Below are positions 37,084 to 45,433 of a DNA stretch of 46,995 bases, in pieces; position 1 is the first letter of the stretch; the number at the start of each line of letters is the position of its first letter. The notes beneath the pieces were generated by a model. It saw only the letters and a program-made list of their open reading frames with translations, made no database searches and was not told the DNA's origin. The translations under genes and the position numbers were made by a program. The stretch is from Gemmatimonadales bacterium (GTDB taxonomy: Bacteria > Gemmatimonadota > Gemmatimonadetes > Gemmatimonadales > GWC2-71-9): NCBI GenBank assembly GCA_041613315.1, contig JBFJHJ010000026.1, positions 1 through 46,995 of the forward strand, given 5' to 3'.

Positions 37084-38310
37084 TTACCCGCGGCCCCCCG
37101 CCAGCCGCGCCGCATCGGGCGAGCGCTTGAGCGTCCACATCGCCCAACTCCCGAACGCTGGCCCCGCGGCGAGGAACGCGAACGCCCAGCGCCACCCCAC
37201 CCACCCGGCCATCATCGGCACGAGCTGGATCGTGGCGAGCGTCAAGAGAAATCCCATCGAGGTCTGGGTCGTGAGCTGCGTGCCCATGTACTCGGGCTCG
37301 GCCAGCTCACTGATGCTGGTCGAGAACTGGGCCGAATCGGCGACGATCGCGAATCCCCAGACGAGCGCCACCGCGGTGAGCACCACGGGCGAGCCCTCGA
37401 ACAGGAGCCCCACGCCGAGCGCGCACGCGCCGCTCGTCGCCATGCTGGCGATGGTCGTGCGCGTCCGGCCCCAGCGGTCGGCCACGTGCCCCGCCACGAG
37501 ACTGCCCAACCCGCCCGCCGCGATCACGGCGAACGCGCCGAGCGCCGCCAACGTCTCGGGTGCGGTGGGTCCCCACGCCGCGACCATTCCGCTCCGGCGG
37601 TACGCCTCGACCAGGAACAGGGGGATCCAGGTCCACATCGCGTACAGCTCCCACATGTGTCCGAGATAGCCGAAGTTGGCGAGCCGGAGCGGGCGCACGC
37701 GGAGCGCGCGTCCCATGTGCCGCCACCGAAACGGCGGGACCGATGCGCGATACGGCCCGAGTTCGCCCACGATCCACGCGAGCACGCCGCCCGCGGCCGC
37801 GAACGCCGACACGACATACATGACCGGCTCCCACGCGCCTATTCCGCCCAGCCCTCGGACGAGATGCGGCGCCGCCGAGCCCACGGTGAGCGCCCCCACG
37901 AGCAGCCCCAGTCCCAGGCCGCGGTCCTCCTTCGTCCAGGTCGCCATGATCTTCATACCAACCGGATAGACCAGCGCCAGCGCCATCCCCGTGCCGAAGC
38001 GGAGGGCCACGGCGATGCCGAAGCCGGGATCGAGGGCGGGGATCGCGACGTTCAGGGCGGCGCCCGCGAGCGCACCGACCGCCACCACCTTTCGCGGCGG
38101 CCACAGATCGGGGACGTTGAACAGGGCGGAGAGGAGGGCGCCGGTCACGAATCCCAACTGGACCGACATCGTGAGCCATGCGGCGAGTCCGGGCGAGACG
38201 CTCCAGTGCCGCACCAACGCGGGTACCACGGCCGTCGCCGAGAACCAGAGGCTCATCGCCAGAAGCTCGGCGAGAGAGAGCGACAGGAGGACGAGCCATT
38301 TGCGGGTCAT
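37084..38310 (-). CDS. MFS transporter
   Basis: About 12 TM; SLWFSATAV, YPVGMK, GYLGHMWELYAMW, ADRWGR, DSAQFS. Confidence 0.92.
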   Translation of the reverse strand: MTRKWLVLLSLSLAELLAMSLWFSATAVVPALVRHWSVSPGLAAWLTMSVQLGFVTGALLSALFNVPDLWPPRKVVAVGALAGAALNVAIPALDPGFGIAVALRFGTGMALALVYPVGMKIMATWTKEDRGLGLGLLVGALTVGSAAPHLVRGLGGIGAWEPVMYVVSAFAAAGGVLAWIVGELGPYRASVPPFRWRHMGRALRVRPLRLANFGYLGHMWELYAMWTWIPLFLVEAYRRSGMVAAWGPTAPETLAALGAFAVIAAGGLGSLVAGHVADRWGRTRTTIASMATSGACALGVGLLFEGSPVVLTAVALVWGFAIVADSAQFSTSISELAEPEYMGTQLTTQTSMGFLLTLATIQLVPMMAGWVGWRWAFAFLAAGPAFGSWAMWTLKRSPDAARLAGGRG

Positions 38311-38320
38311 GATGCGGTGG

Positions 38321-38402
38321 TCACTCTTCACTTCTCACTGTTCACTTCTTCGCTTCTCACTTCTCACTTCTTCACTTCTCACTTTTCACTTTTCACTTTC
38401 AC
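38321..38402. repeat. Heptameric tandem repeat (TCACTTY)n, about 11 units
   Basis: tcactct tcacttc tcactgt tcacttct tcgcttc tcacttc tcacttct tcacttc tcacttt tcacttt tcactt tcac; fills nearly the whole intergenic gap. Confidence 0.92.
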
Positions 38403-39490
38403 CCCCCGATCGCATACGTCAGCGTCGTCGTGAGCAGCATGTCGTGCCGCTCGACCCCGGGGCGCGGGCGGCTGTCGAGCTCGTTGAGCAGGCCGACGCG
38501 GACCCCCAGTCCCTTGTAGACGGTGGTGGTGACGCTCGCATCGGAACGAATCTGGTAGTCGCCCAGATCCTGGACGTTGGGGAGCCAGTTGAAGTCCCAC
38601 GAGAACGTGGCGGGCCCCAGCTTCTGTGTCAGGTCGGTGCCGGTATTGAGCACGGCCGCCGTCTCGCCGCCATTCGAGGTAAACCGCTCGACCCGGGCGC
38701 CGCCCGACGCGGAGAACCTGAGGTCCGTGGTCCGGGTGGACACGAGCTGCACGCCCAGCCCGGCGTTGTAGATCGAGCGGAGGTCGATGTCCTGGAACGT
38801 GTCCCGCTCCTGCCGCGTCTCGCCGAACGCAAAGAGCCGTGACGTGAAGAACACATCGGCCCGAAGCGAGCCGTAATACCGGTTGACCGTGGTCGCGAGC
38901 GTGCCGTCCGCCGCCTCGCTCTGCTCCCGCACGAGTCCCACGACGACCTTGAGTCGGTCCTTGGGGCTCCGGCGCATGACCTCGACGCTCGCCGTCAGCC
39001 CGCGGGCGCGGCTGTTGCCGCTCTTGTCGGAGAAGCCGAGGCTCCCGCTCGCGCGCCAGAACCGCAAGAACGGCGTGAACAGCCCGATGTCGATCTTTTC
39101 CAGGGCGGTCAGATTCGCCGGATTGCCCACGGCCTCGATCGCGGTCGGCGCCACCTCCCGCGTCGCGCCGTCGCCGAACGTGAGCGTGACCCGGCCCGCC
39201 GCGCCGGGCGCGACCGTGACGGCGGCGATCGTCCCGTCGGCGAGCCTGATCCCGATGGGCTGTGGCGCGGTGAAGCCGGCCACGCGGTTCGCCGCCACGC
39301 GCGTCTCGGCGCCGCCGAAGCGGAACACCCAGGTCGTGTCGGCGATCCGGACGAGACGGCCGGTGACCCGGTCACCGTTTGCGAGCTGGAGGGTCTGGTC
39401 CTGGGCCGTGGCTGCCGCGGGGGCCACCGCGAGACATGCCGCCCCCACCAGGGCGGCCGCGAGGTGAGATCGGACGGACGTACGGTCCAT
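38399..39490 (-). CDS. DUF481 (YdiY-like) outer-membrane beta-barrel protein
   Basis: Signal peptide; DQTLQLANGDRVTG N-terminal domain; SGNS, ERDTFQDIDLR..GLG, amphipathic strands ending TLTYAIGG. Confidence 0.82.
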   Translation of the reverse strand: MDRTSVRSHLAAALVGAACLAVAPAAATAQDQTLQLANGDRVTGRLVRIADTTWVFRFGGAETRVAANRVAGFTAPQPIGIRLADGTIAAVTVAPGAAGRVTLTFGDGATREVAPTAIEAVGNPANLTALEKIDIGLFTPFLRFWRASGSLGFSDKSGNSRARGLTASVEVMRRSPKDRLKVVVGLVREQSEAADGTLATTVNRYYGSLRADVFFTSRLFAFGETRQERDTFQDIDLRSIYNAGLGVQLVSTRTTDLRFSASGGARVERFTSNGGETAAVLNTGTDLTQKLGPATFSWDFNWLPNVQDLGDYQIRSDASVTTTVYKGLGVRVGLLNELDSRPRPGVERHDMLLTTTLTYAIGG

Positions 39491-39656
39491 TCGGACAACT
39501 CCCGTCAGTGCGATGGAGTGAGACGATTGGGGTCGCGGCAACGTGCCATGGGGGCCGGCCGCGGCGGGTCGCAATATAGACGAAAGGAGGGAATCGGGTT
39601 CGGAGCCCGGGCTCGAGCGCCGGCGTGTGGTCAGAACAGGTGTGACGCCGGTCGCG

Positions 39657-40307
39657 CTATGCCGGCACCAGGTCGATGAAGCGGTGGCCGTCCATATCGA
39701 GGCGCTCGCCCGTGGTGAACGCCACCGCGCTTCGGAATTCGGGACCGTCGAACACGAAGGTGTGATACTCGCCCCGCTCCCCGCAGGGATCGAGATCGTC
39801 GATCGTGGTGATCTCGGTGACGAGGTCGGAGTCGAACTCGCGTCCGATGAACCTGGCGGCGGCGCGCTTCAGGTCCACGCTCACCACGAGTGCCCGGTAG
39901 CCCCGCTCCACCACCTCCCATGCCAGCTCGACGGCCGGCTCGCCCCAGAGGGGTTCGATGTGCTCGAGCCCCGCCGCCCGCACGCGCTGCTCGTACCACG
40001 CGCGTACGTCGGCCAGGTGCACGTTGCCGAACACCACGCCGTCCACGTCCCGCGCGAGGAGCGACTCGAGCACGCCGCCGAACACGATCTCGTAGTCATC
40101 GGGAATCGTGTGCGCCGTGAGCAGCTGGATGCGCATCGCGTCGGCCTGGCGCTGGATGAGCGCATGCCGCACCCCGTGAAACCGCACGCGGCCCGTCGAG
40201 CCGTCGTAGATGTTGACGAGGTAGCGGACGTCCATTCCCTCGCGCTTCGCGCGGTCGAGCGCGAGCATCGAATCCTTCCCGCCACTCGTCATCAGGGCGT
40301 ATGGCAT
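39657..40307 (-). CDS. Diphthine-ammonia ligase (Dph6/MJ0570)-like PP-loop ATPase
   Basis: SGGKDS, VVFGNV, EPLW, DPCGERGEYHTFVFDGP. Confidence 0.88.
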   Translation of the reverse strand: MPYALMTSGGKDSMLALDRAKREGMDVRYLVNIYDGSTGRVRFHGVRHALIQRQADAMRIQLLTAHTIPDDYEIVFGGVLESLLARDVDGVVFGNVHLADVRAWYEQRVRAAGLEHIEPLWGEPAVELAWEVVERGYRALVVSVDLKRAAARFIGREFDSDLVTEITTIDDLDPCGERGEYHTFVFDGPEFRSAVAFTTGERLDMDGHRFIDLVPA

Positions 40308-40462
40308 GCGGTAATCTGCGCGCCACGCGGGAGGACGGCTAGTAGCGCAGTCTCGACGTGAGCGGGCCGTCAACGCCGCCGATGCCGCACGTGGCGAGAG
40401 GATCCCCCACCGCCGGCCACCCCTTGACGTGCCTCGCCTCTCTGTGAGTAGTTCACACCACG

Positions 40463-42322
40463 ATGAGCGAGGAACAGAAGCGGAAGCTCACCGCCGCGGG
40501 GGTGTGGCGGGAGGCGCGAGAGCTGATCTGGGACCACCGGCGGCGGCTCGCCCTCGGCAGCGCCATCATGGTCGTGAACCGCCTGGCGGGGTTGGTGCTG
40601 CCCACCTCGTCCAAGTTCCTGATCGATGACGTGCTCGGGAAGGGCCGGGCGGAGTTGCTCATCCCGCTCGCGGCGGCTGCCGGGATCGCGACGCTCGTGC
40701 AGGCGGTATCGTCGTTCGCGCTCTCCCAGATCCTGGGCGTCGCCGCGCAGCGCGCCATCACCGACATGCGCAAGCGGGTCCAGGCGCACGTGAGCCGGCT
40801 GCCGGTGCGCTACTTCGACTCCACGAAGAGCGGCGTCCTGATCTCGCGGATCATGACCGACGCCGAGGGGATCCGGAACCTCGTGGGGACGGGGCTCGTG
40901 CGCCTGACCGGCGGGCTCGTGACGGCAGCGATCGCGCTGGGCGTGCTCATTTGGCTCAACTGGACGCTCACCGTCATGATCCTGGCCGTGCTGGCGCTGT
41001 TCGGGGCGGCGATGACCTTTGCGTTCAAGCGGCTCCGGCCGGTGTTTCGCGAGCGCGGCCGGATCAACGCCGACGTCACCGGCCGTCTGGGCGAGTCGCT
41101 GGGCGGCGTGCGCGTGGTGAAAGCGTATGTCGCCGAGCGGAGCGAACGGCTGGTCTTCGCACGGGGCGCCCACCGGTTGTTGCGCAACATCGCCAAGACC
41201 ATTACCGGCATCTCCGCCATCACCGCCGTCACCACGGTGATCGTGGGGATCATTGGCGTCGTCATGATCCTCGTGGGCGGGCGAGCGATCTTGAGCGGCG
41301 CGATGACGCTGGGTGACTTCGTGATGTTCGTGTTCTTTACCGGACTCGTGGCATTCCCGCTGATCGAGATCGCGGAGATCGGGACGCAGATCAGCGAGGC
41401 GTTCGCCGGGCTCGATCGGATTCGGGAGATCCGACGCATGGCGACCGAGGACGCCGAGGACGCGAGCCGCGAGCCGCTGGGCGTGATCGACGCCGAGATC
41501 GCGTTCGGCGACGTGAACTTCGCGTACGAACCCGGCCGGCCGGTGCTGAAGCACGTCTCGTTCACGGCGCCGCCGGGCTCCACCACGGCGCTCGTCGGCC
41601 CGAGTGGGTCGGGCAAGAGCACTCTCATCTCCCTGGTCATGGCGTTCAATCGGCCGACCGAGGGCACCGTCACCGTGGACGGCCGCGACCTGGCCTCGAT
41701 CCGCCTCCGCGACTACCGCCGCAGCCTCGGCGTGGTGCTCCAGGACAACTTCCTGTTCGACGGGACGATCGCCGAGAACATCAGCTACGCGCAGCCGCAC
41801 GCGACGCGGCAGGACATCCGGCGGGTGGCGAAGATCGCGCACGCCGACGAGTTCATCGAAGAGTTCCCCGACCGGTACGACACCGTGGTGGGGGAACGAG
41901 GCGTCAAGCTCTCCGGCGGGCAGCGCCAGCGGATCGCGATCGCCCGTGCGATCCTGGCGGATCCCAAGATCCTGATCCTCGACGAGGCCACCTCGAGCCT
42001 CGACTCGGAGAGCGAGGCCAAGATTCAGGACGGGCTCCGCCGCCTGCGCCGGGGCCGCACGACGTTCGTCATCGCGCACCGTCTCTCGACGATCCGGAGC
42101 GCCGATCAGATCCTGGTGCTGGATGAAGGGAAGATCGTGGAGCGCGGGACCCACGAGGAGCTGCTCGCCAACGGCGGGAAGTACCGGCGGCTGTACGAGA
42201 CGCAGTACAAGATCGAGCACGACCGGTTCGTGAACCCCGGGGAGGATCCGACCCTCGAGCCCGAATCGCCGGTGGTGGAAGCGCCGGCGGGCGAGGGACT
42301 GTCGGTGCCGAGGAACCTCTAG
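40463..42322 (+). CDS. ABC exporter, fused permease/ATPase (MsbA-like)
   Basis: TM domain, then GPSGSGKST, LSGGQRQR, ILILDEATSSLD, IAHRLST. Confidence 0.95.
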   Translation: MSEEQKRKLTAAGVWREARELIWDHRRRLALGSAIMVVNRLAGLVLPTSSKFLIDDVLGKGRAELLIPLAAAAGIATLVQAVSSFALSQILGVAAQRAITDMRKRVQAHVSRLPVRYFDSTKSGVLISRIMTDAEGIRNLVGTGLVRLTGGLVTAAIALGVLIWLNWTLTVMILAVLALFGAAMTFAFKRLRPVFRERGRINADVTGRLGESLGGVRVVKAYVAERSERLVFARGAHRLLRNIAKTITGISAITAVTTVIVGIIGVVMILVGGRAILSGAMTLGDFVMFVFFTGLVAFPLIEIAEIGTQISEAFAGLDRIREIRRMATEDAEDASREPLGVIDAEIAFGDVNFAYEPGRPVLKHVSFTAPPGSTTALVGPSGSGKSTLISLVMAFNRPTEGTVTVDGRDLASIRLRDYRRSLGVVLQDNFLFDGTIAENISYAQPHATRQDIRRVAKIAHADEFIEEFPDRYDTVVGERGVKLSGGQRQRIAIARAILADPKILILDEATSSLDSESEAKIQDGLRRLRRGRTTFVIAHRLSTIRSADQILVLDEGKIVERGTHEELLANGGKYRRLYETQYKIEHDRFVNPGEDPTLEPESPVVEAPAGEGLSVPRNL

Positions 42323-42366
42323 CGCGCCAGAGCGCCGCCGGATCGCAGGAGCGGCAGGAGGCGAGC

Positions 42367-42891
42367 ATGTCGTGGTACGAGCTCCCGGTGGGGGACGGGG
42401 CGCCCGACGTCGTGAACGTCGTGGTGGAGATCCCCAAGGGCACGCGCAACAAGGTCGAGTTCGATCCCGCGCAGGGCGTGTTCCGGCTGGACCGGGTACT
42501 GTACTCGCCCATGCTCTACCCCGGCGACTACGGGTTCATCCCCGGCACGCTCTCTCCGGACGGCGACGCGCTGGACGTGCTGGTGTTCGTGACCGATCCC
42601 ACCTTCACCGGCTGCGTGCTCACGGCGCGCCCCGTGGGCGTGCTCGAGATGCGGGACGAGGCGGGCGTCGACGAGAAAGTCCTGGCGGTGCCGGACCGCG
42701 ACCCGCGCTTCGCCGAGCGCCGCGACCTCGCCGACATCCCGCAGCATTCCCTCAAAGAGATCGAGTACTTTTTCGAGGTCTACAAGGTGCTGGAAGGAAA
42801 GGAAACCGCGCTCATCGGATGGCAGTCGGCCGCGCGGGCCAGAGACATCATTCGCGCGGCGATCGCGCGGAAGAGCGCGGTGAGCCCGTAA
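42367..42891 (+). CDS. ppa: Inorganic pyrophosphatase (family I)
   Basis: VEIPKG, LDRVL, YPGDYGFIPGT, DGDALDVLV, DEK, FFEVYK; GGAGG RBS. Confidence 0.95.
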   Translation: MSWYELPVGDGAPDVVNVVVEIPKGTRNKVEFDPAQGVFRLDRVLYSPMLYPGDYGFIPGTLSPDGDALDVLVFVTDPTFTGCVLTARPVGVLEMRDEAGVDEKVLAVPDRDPRFAERRDLADIPQHSLKEIEYFFEVYKVLEGKETALIGWQSAARARDIIRAAIARKSAVSP

Positions 42892-42967
42892 GGACGGCAC
42901 CGGCAGCTTGGCGGAAGCGGTTGTACGGTGCGCCCCCTGCCGCCGCGCCTGCGCTGCCGCTCCGCGC

Positions 42968-43927
42968 TCAGTTCTTCCCCGAATCTCCCAGATCCATCAG
43001 CGCCGCCGGATAGGGCTCGAGATACGTCTGCCGCGCGAGATACGGCTGCTCGAAACGGTGGATCCACGACTGGAGCACGGCGAGCGGCGCCTGCAGCGTC
43101 ACCTGTCCCGCGCGATAGCCGTCGAGCGCTTGCAGGAAGTGCCGTTTCTCGGCGGGGGAGAGGCCGTCCGACACGTAGCCCATCGCGTGCATCATCACGT
43201 TCACGTGCGACGGATTGCGGGCCGGGCGCGCGAGCGCGCGGGCCAGCTCGGCTGCATAGGCCGCCGTCACAGCCCCGAACGCCTTGCGTTCGGCGTTCGC
43301 CACGATCCGCCCCAGCGCGCGGAGCGCCGCCTGGTGATACGCCATGAGCATGAACTTGTTGGCCGCGTGGAACGCCACGAGATCGGCCATGCGGCCCGAC
43401 CCCCGCACGCGGCGGAACGCCGCCAGCGTGAAGATCTTCATCAGGAAGTGATGCCGCAGGCGGAAGTTCGTGAGCCGGCCCTCGTCCTCCACCGCCGCAT
43501 GGGGGAAGCGCTTGAGCACCGCCCCGCCGAAGAACCCGGCGTCCTTCGCGATTGGCCCGCCCCCCGGGCTCTCGCCGTAGACTTTCGTGTCCTTGATGCC
43601 ACACGACGGCGAGCGGCTCTTGAGAATGAACCCGTCCACCGCGGCCAGCTCCCCCAGGTACCGTTCGCCGAACTCGGTCATCGCGTCGGTCACGTCTGTG
43701 CCGGTCGTCGGCTGGACCAACCGCCGCCGGTCCTCGAGTGTCACGATGCGGATCGGGTCGCGCGGCGTGCCGAGCCCGATCTCCACCTCGGGACAGATCG
43801 GCTTGAGCTCGACGTGCGGCATCAGCGTGAGCACGAACGGCGCCCGGATCGTCTGGCCGTTGTAGCGGCAGGCCGCCAGTTCGAGGCACTTGCTCGCCAC
43901 CACGATCGGCCTCGCGAAGCGCGTCAT
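42968..43927 (-). CDS. ybgA: DUF523(TudS)-DUF1722 fusion, YbgA/RudS-like thiouridine desulfidase
   Basis: SKCL..CRYNG, PICPEV, SRSPSCG, EDEGRL; DUF1722 part FHAANK..MAYH, HVNVMMH.MGY, YLARQTYLEPYP. Confidence 0.85.
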   Translation of the reverse strand: MTRFARPIVVASKCLELAACRYNGQTIRAPFVLTLMPHVELKPICPEVEIGLGTPRDPIRIVTLEDRRRLVQPTTGTDVTDAMTEFGERYLGELAAVDGFILKSRSPSCGIKDTKVYGESPGGGPIAKDAGFFGGAVLKRFPHAAVEDEGRLTNFRLRHHFLMKIFTLAAFRRVRGSGRMADLVAFHAANKFMLMAYHQAALRALGRIVANAERKAFGAVTAAYAAELARALARPARNPSHVNVMMHAMGYVSDGLSPAEKRHFLQALDGYRAGQVTLQAPLAVLQSWIHRFEQPYLARQTYLEPYPAALMDLGDSGKN

Positions 43928-45366
43928 TCGGTCACTGTCTCGGGCGTCGCCGCCGCGATCCGACGCAGCATGCCCCGGAAGATGAGGGTGTGGATCGGGT
44001 AGAGCAGGTACCAGTAGAGGCGGCCCACGAGGCCGGCCGGATCGAAGATCGCCGTCTGCCGGATCTCGGACCCCGTGCCGTCAGGCGCCACCTCGAACTG
44101 GAGCCACGCGCGCCCCGGTACCCGCATCTCCGCCGCGAGCCGGAGCAGCCGATCGGGCTCCACCGCCTCCACGCGCCACCAGTCGAGCGTGTCGCCGGGC
44201 AGCAGGTGCTCGGGGTCGCGGCGGCCGCGCCGGAGCCCCGCGCCGCCCGCCAACAGGTCGAGCAACCCGCGGACGCGCCACAGCCAGTCGGCGTAGTACC
44301 AGCCGACCGCACCACCAATGCGGCGGATGGGGCGGAACGCCGCCCGCGAGGTGCGCGGCACGTGGACCGAGCGGGAGTCCACGAAGCGGGAGCCGAGCCG
44401 GGCGCCGGCCCAGCCGCGCCCGTCGCCTACCGAGGAGAGCGCGTCGGACCAACGCGTCTCCGCGAACTCACGGTCCTCGTTCGCGAGCGCTCGGGCGATC
44501 GCCTGCGCCACTCCCATGGGCCGCACGGCGAAGGCGCGGAGCGCCCGGTCGTCCTCGACCACGGTGTCGTTGCGGATCGAGTCGATGAGCTTGCGGCCGA
44601 TCCGCGCGTAGACCGGCGTCACGAGGCCGAGCCACAGGCTCGACAGGCGCGGCGTCAACACGGGGACCGGAAGAAATACCCGGCGCAGCCTGCGCTGGCG
44701 GGCGTACTCGCGCATGATCCCGAGGTACGACACCCGATCCGCGCCGCCGATCTCGAAGATGCCCGCGACGTCGGACGGTGCGTCGAGTGCTGCCACCAGG
44801 TAGTGCAGGACGTCCTCGATCGCGATCGGCTGGGCTTTCTTGTCCACCCAACGCGGCGTCACCATGACCGGGAGCTTCTCGACCAGCGCCCGCACCAACT
44901 CGAACGACAGGCTGCCCGAGCCCAGGATGATGGACGCGCGCAGCTCGATCGCCGGCACGCCCGACTCGCGGAGGATGCGCCCCACCTCCTGGCGGCTCTC
45001 GAGATGCGGCGAGAGGTCGGCCTCCCGTCCGAGGCCTCCCAGGTAGATGATCCGCCGCACGCCCGCCCGGCGCGCGGCCGCGCCGAACGCCTCGGCACCG
45101 CGCCGATCTTGCTCCTCGAACGACTCGCCGGCACCCATCGAGTGGATCAGATAATACGCGGCGCCGACGCCCGCGAGCGCCGGTGCGAGCGACTCGGCGT
45201 CGAGCACGTCGCCTTTCACCACGTCGGTTGCCGGCGCGGTCCGCAGCCGCAGATGTTCCGGCCGGCGGGTGAGACACCGGACGGGGCGGCCCTGCCGCTC
45301 CAGCACGTGCAGCAACCGCCCGCCCACGTAGCCGGTGGCGCCCGTCACGAGGATGCGATCGGTCAC
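43924..45366 (-). CDS. ybjT: NAD(P)-binding SDR-like oxidoreductase with DUF2867 (YbjT-like)
   Basis: ILVTGATGYVG, YYLIHSM, HLESRQEVG, LAAEMRVPGRAWLQF, GRLYWY..PIH..IF.GM. GTG start 45366; stop overlaps the downstream ATG. Confidence 0.88.
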   Translation of the reverse strand: MTDRILVTGATGYVGGRLLHVLERQGRPVRCLTRRPEHLRLRTAPATDVVKGDVLDAESLAPALAGVGAAYYLIHSMGAGESFEEQDRRGAEAFGAAARRAGVRRIIYLGGLGREADLSPHLESRQEVGRILRESGVPAIELRASIILGSGSLSFELVRALVEKLPVMVTPRWVDKKAQPIAIEDVLHYLVAALDAPSDVAGIFEIGGADRVSYLGIMREYARQRRLRRVFLPVPVLTPRLSSLWLGLVTPVYARIGRKLIDSIRNDTVVEDDRALRAFAVRPMGVAQAIARALANEDREFAETRWSDALSSVGDGRGWAGARLGSRFVDSRSVHVPRTSRAAFRPIRRIGGAVGWYYADWLWRVRGLLDLLAGGAGLRRGRRDPEHLLPGDTLDWWRVEAVEPDRLLRLAAEMRVPGRAWLQFEVAPDGTGSEIRQTAIFDPAGLVGRLYWYLLYPIHTLIFRGMLRRIAAATPETVTE

Positions 45367-45433
45367 GGGGGGAAGGTAACACGGGGTACCGGGAGGCTTG
45401 GAATCGCCCTGGCCGCCGGATAGCTTCGAGATC

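Noticed and set aside
38321..38402. Heptamer array as a CRISPR array or as an N-terminal extension of the MFS gene
   Set aside because: There are no spacers or cas genes, and stops occur in all frames on the coding strand.
39595..39610. CGGGTTCGGAGCCCGG resembling a tRNA T-arm
   Set aside because: No acceptor stem, D arm or anticodon arm can be built around it.
40424..40457. TTGACG plus a TGTGA-N5-TCACA palindrome before the ABC exporter
   Set aside because: The spacer is 5 nt rather than the 6 nt of a CRP box, and no good -10 lies at 17 bp. It may be an operator, but I cannot support that.
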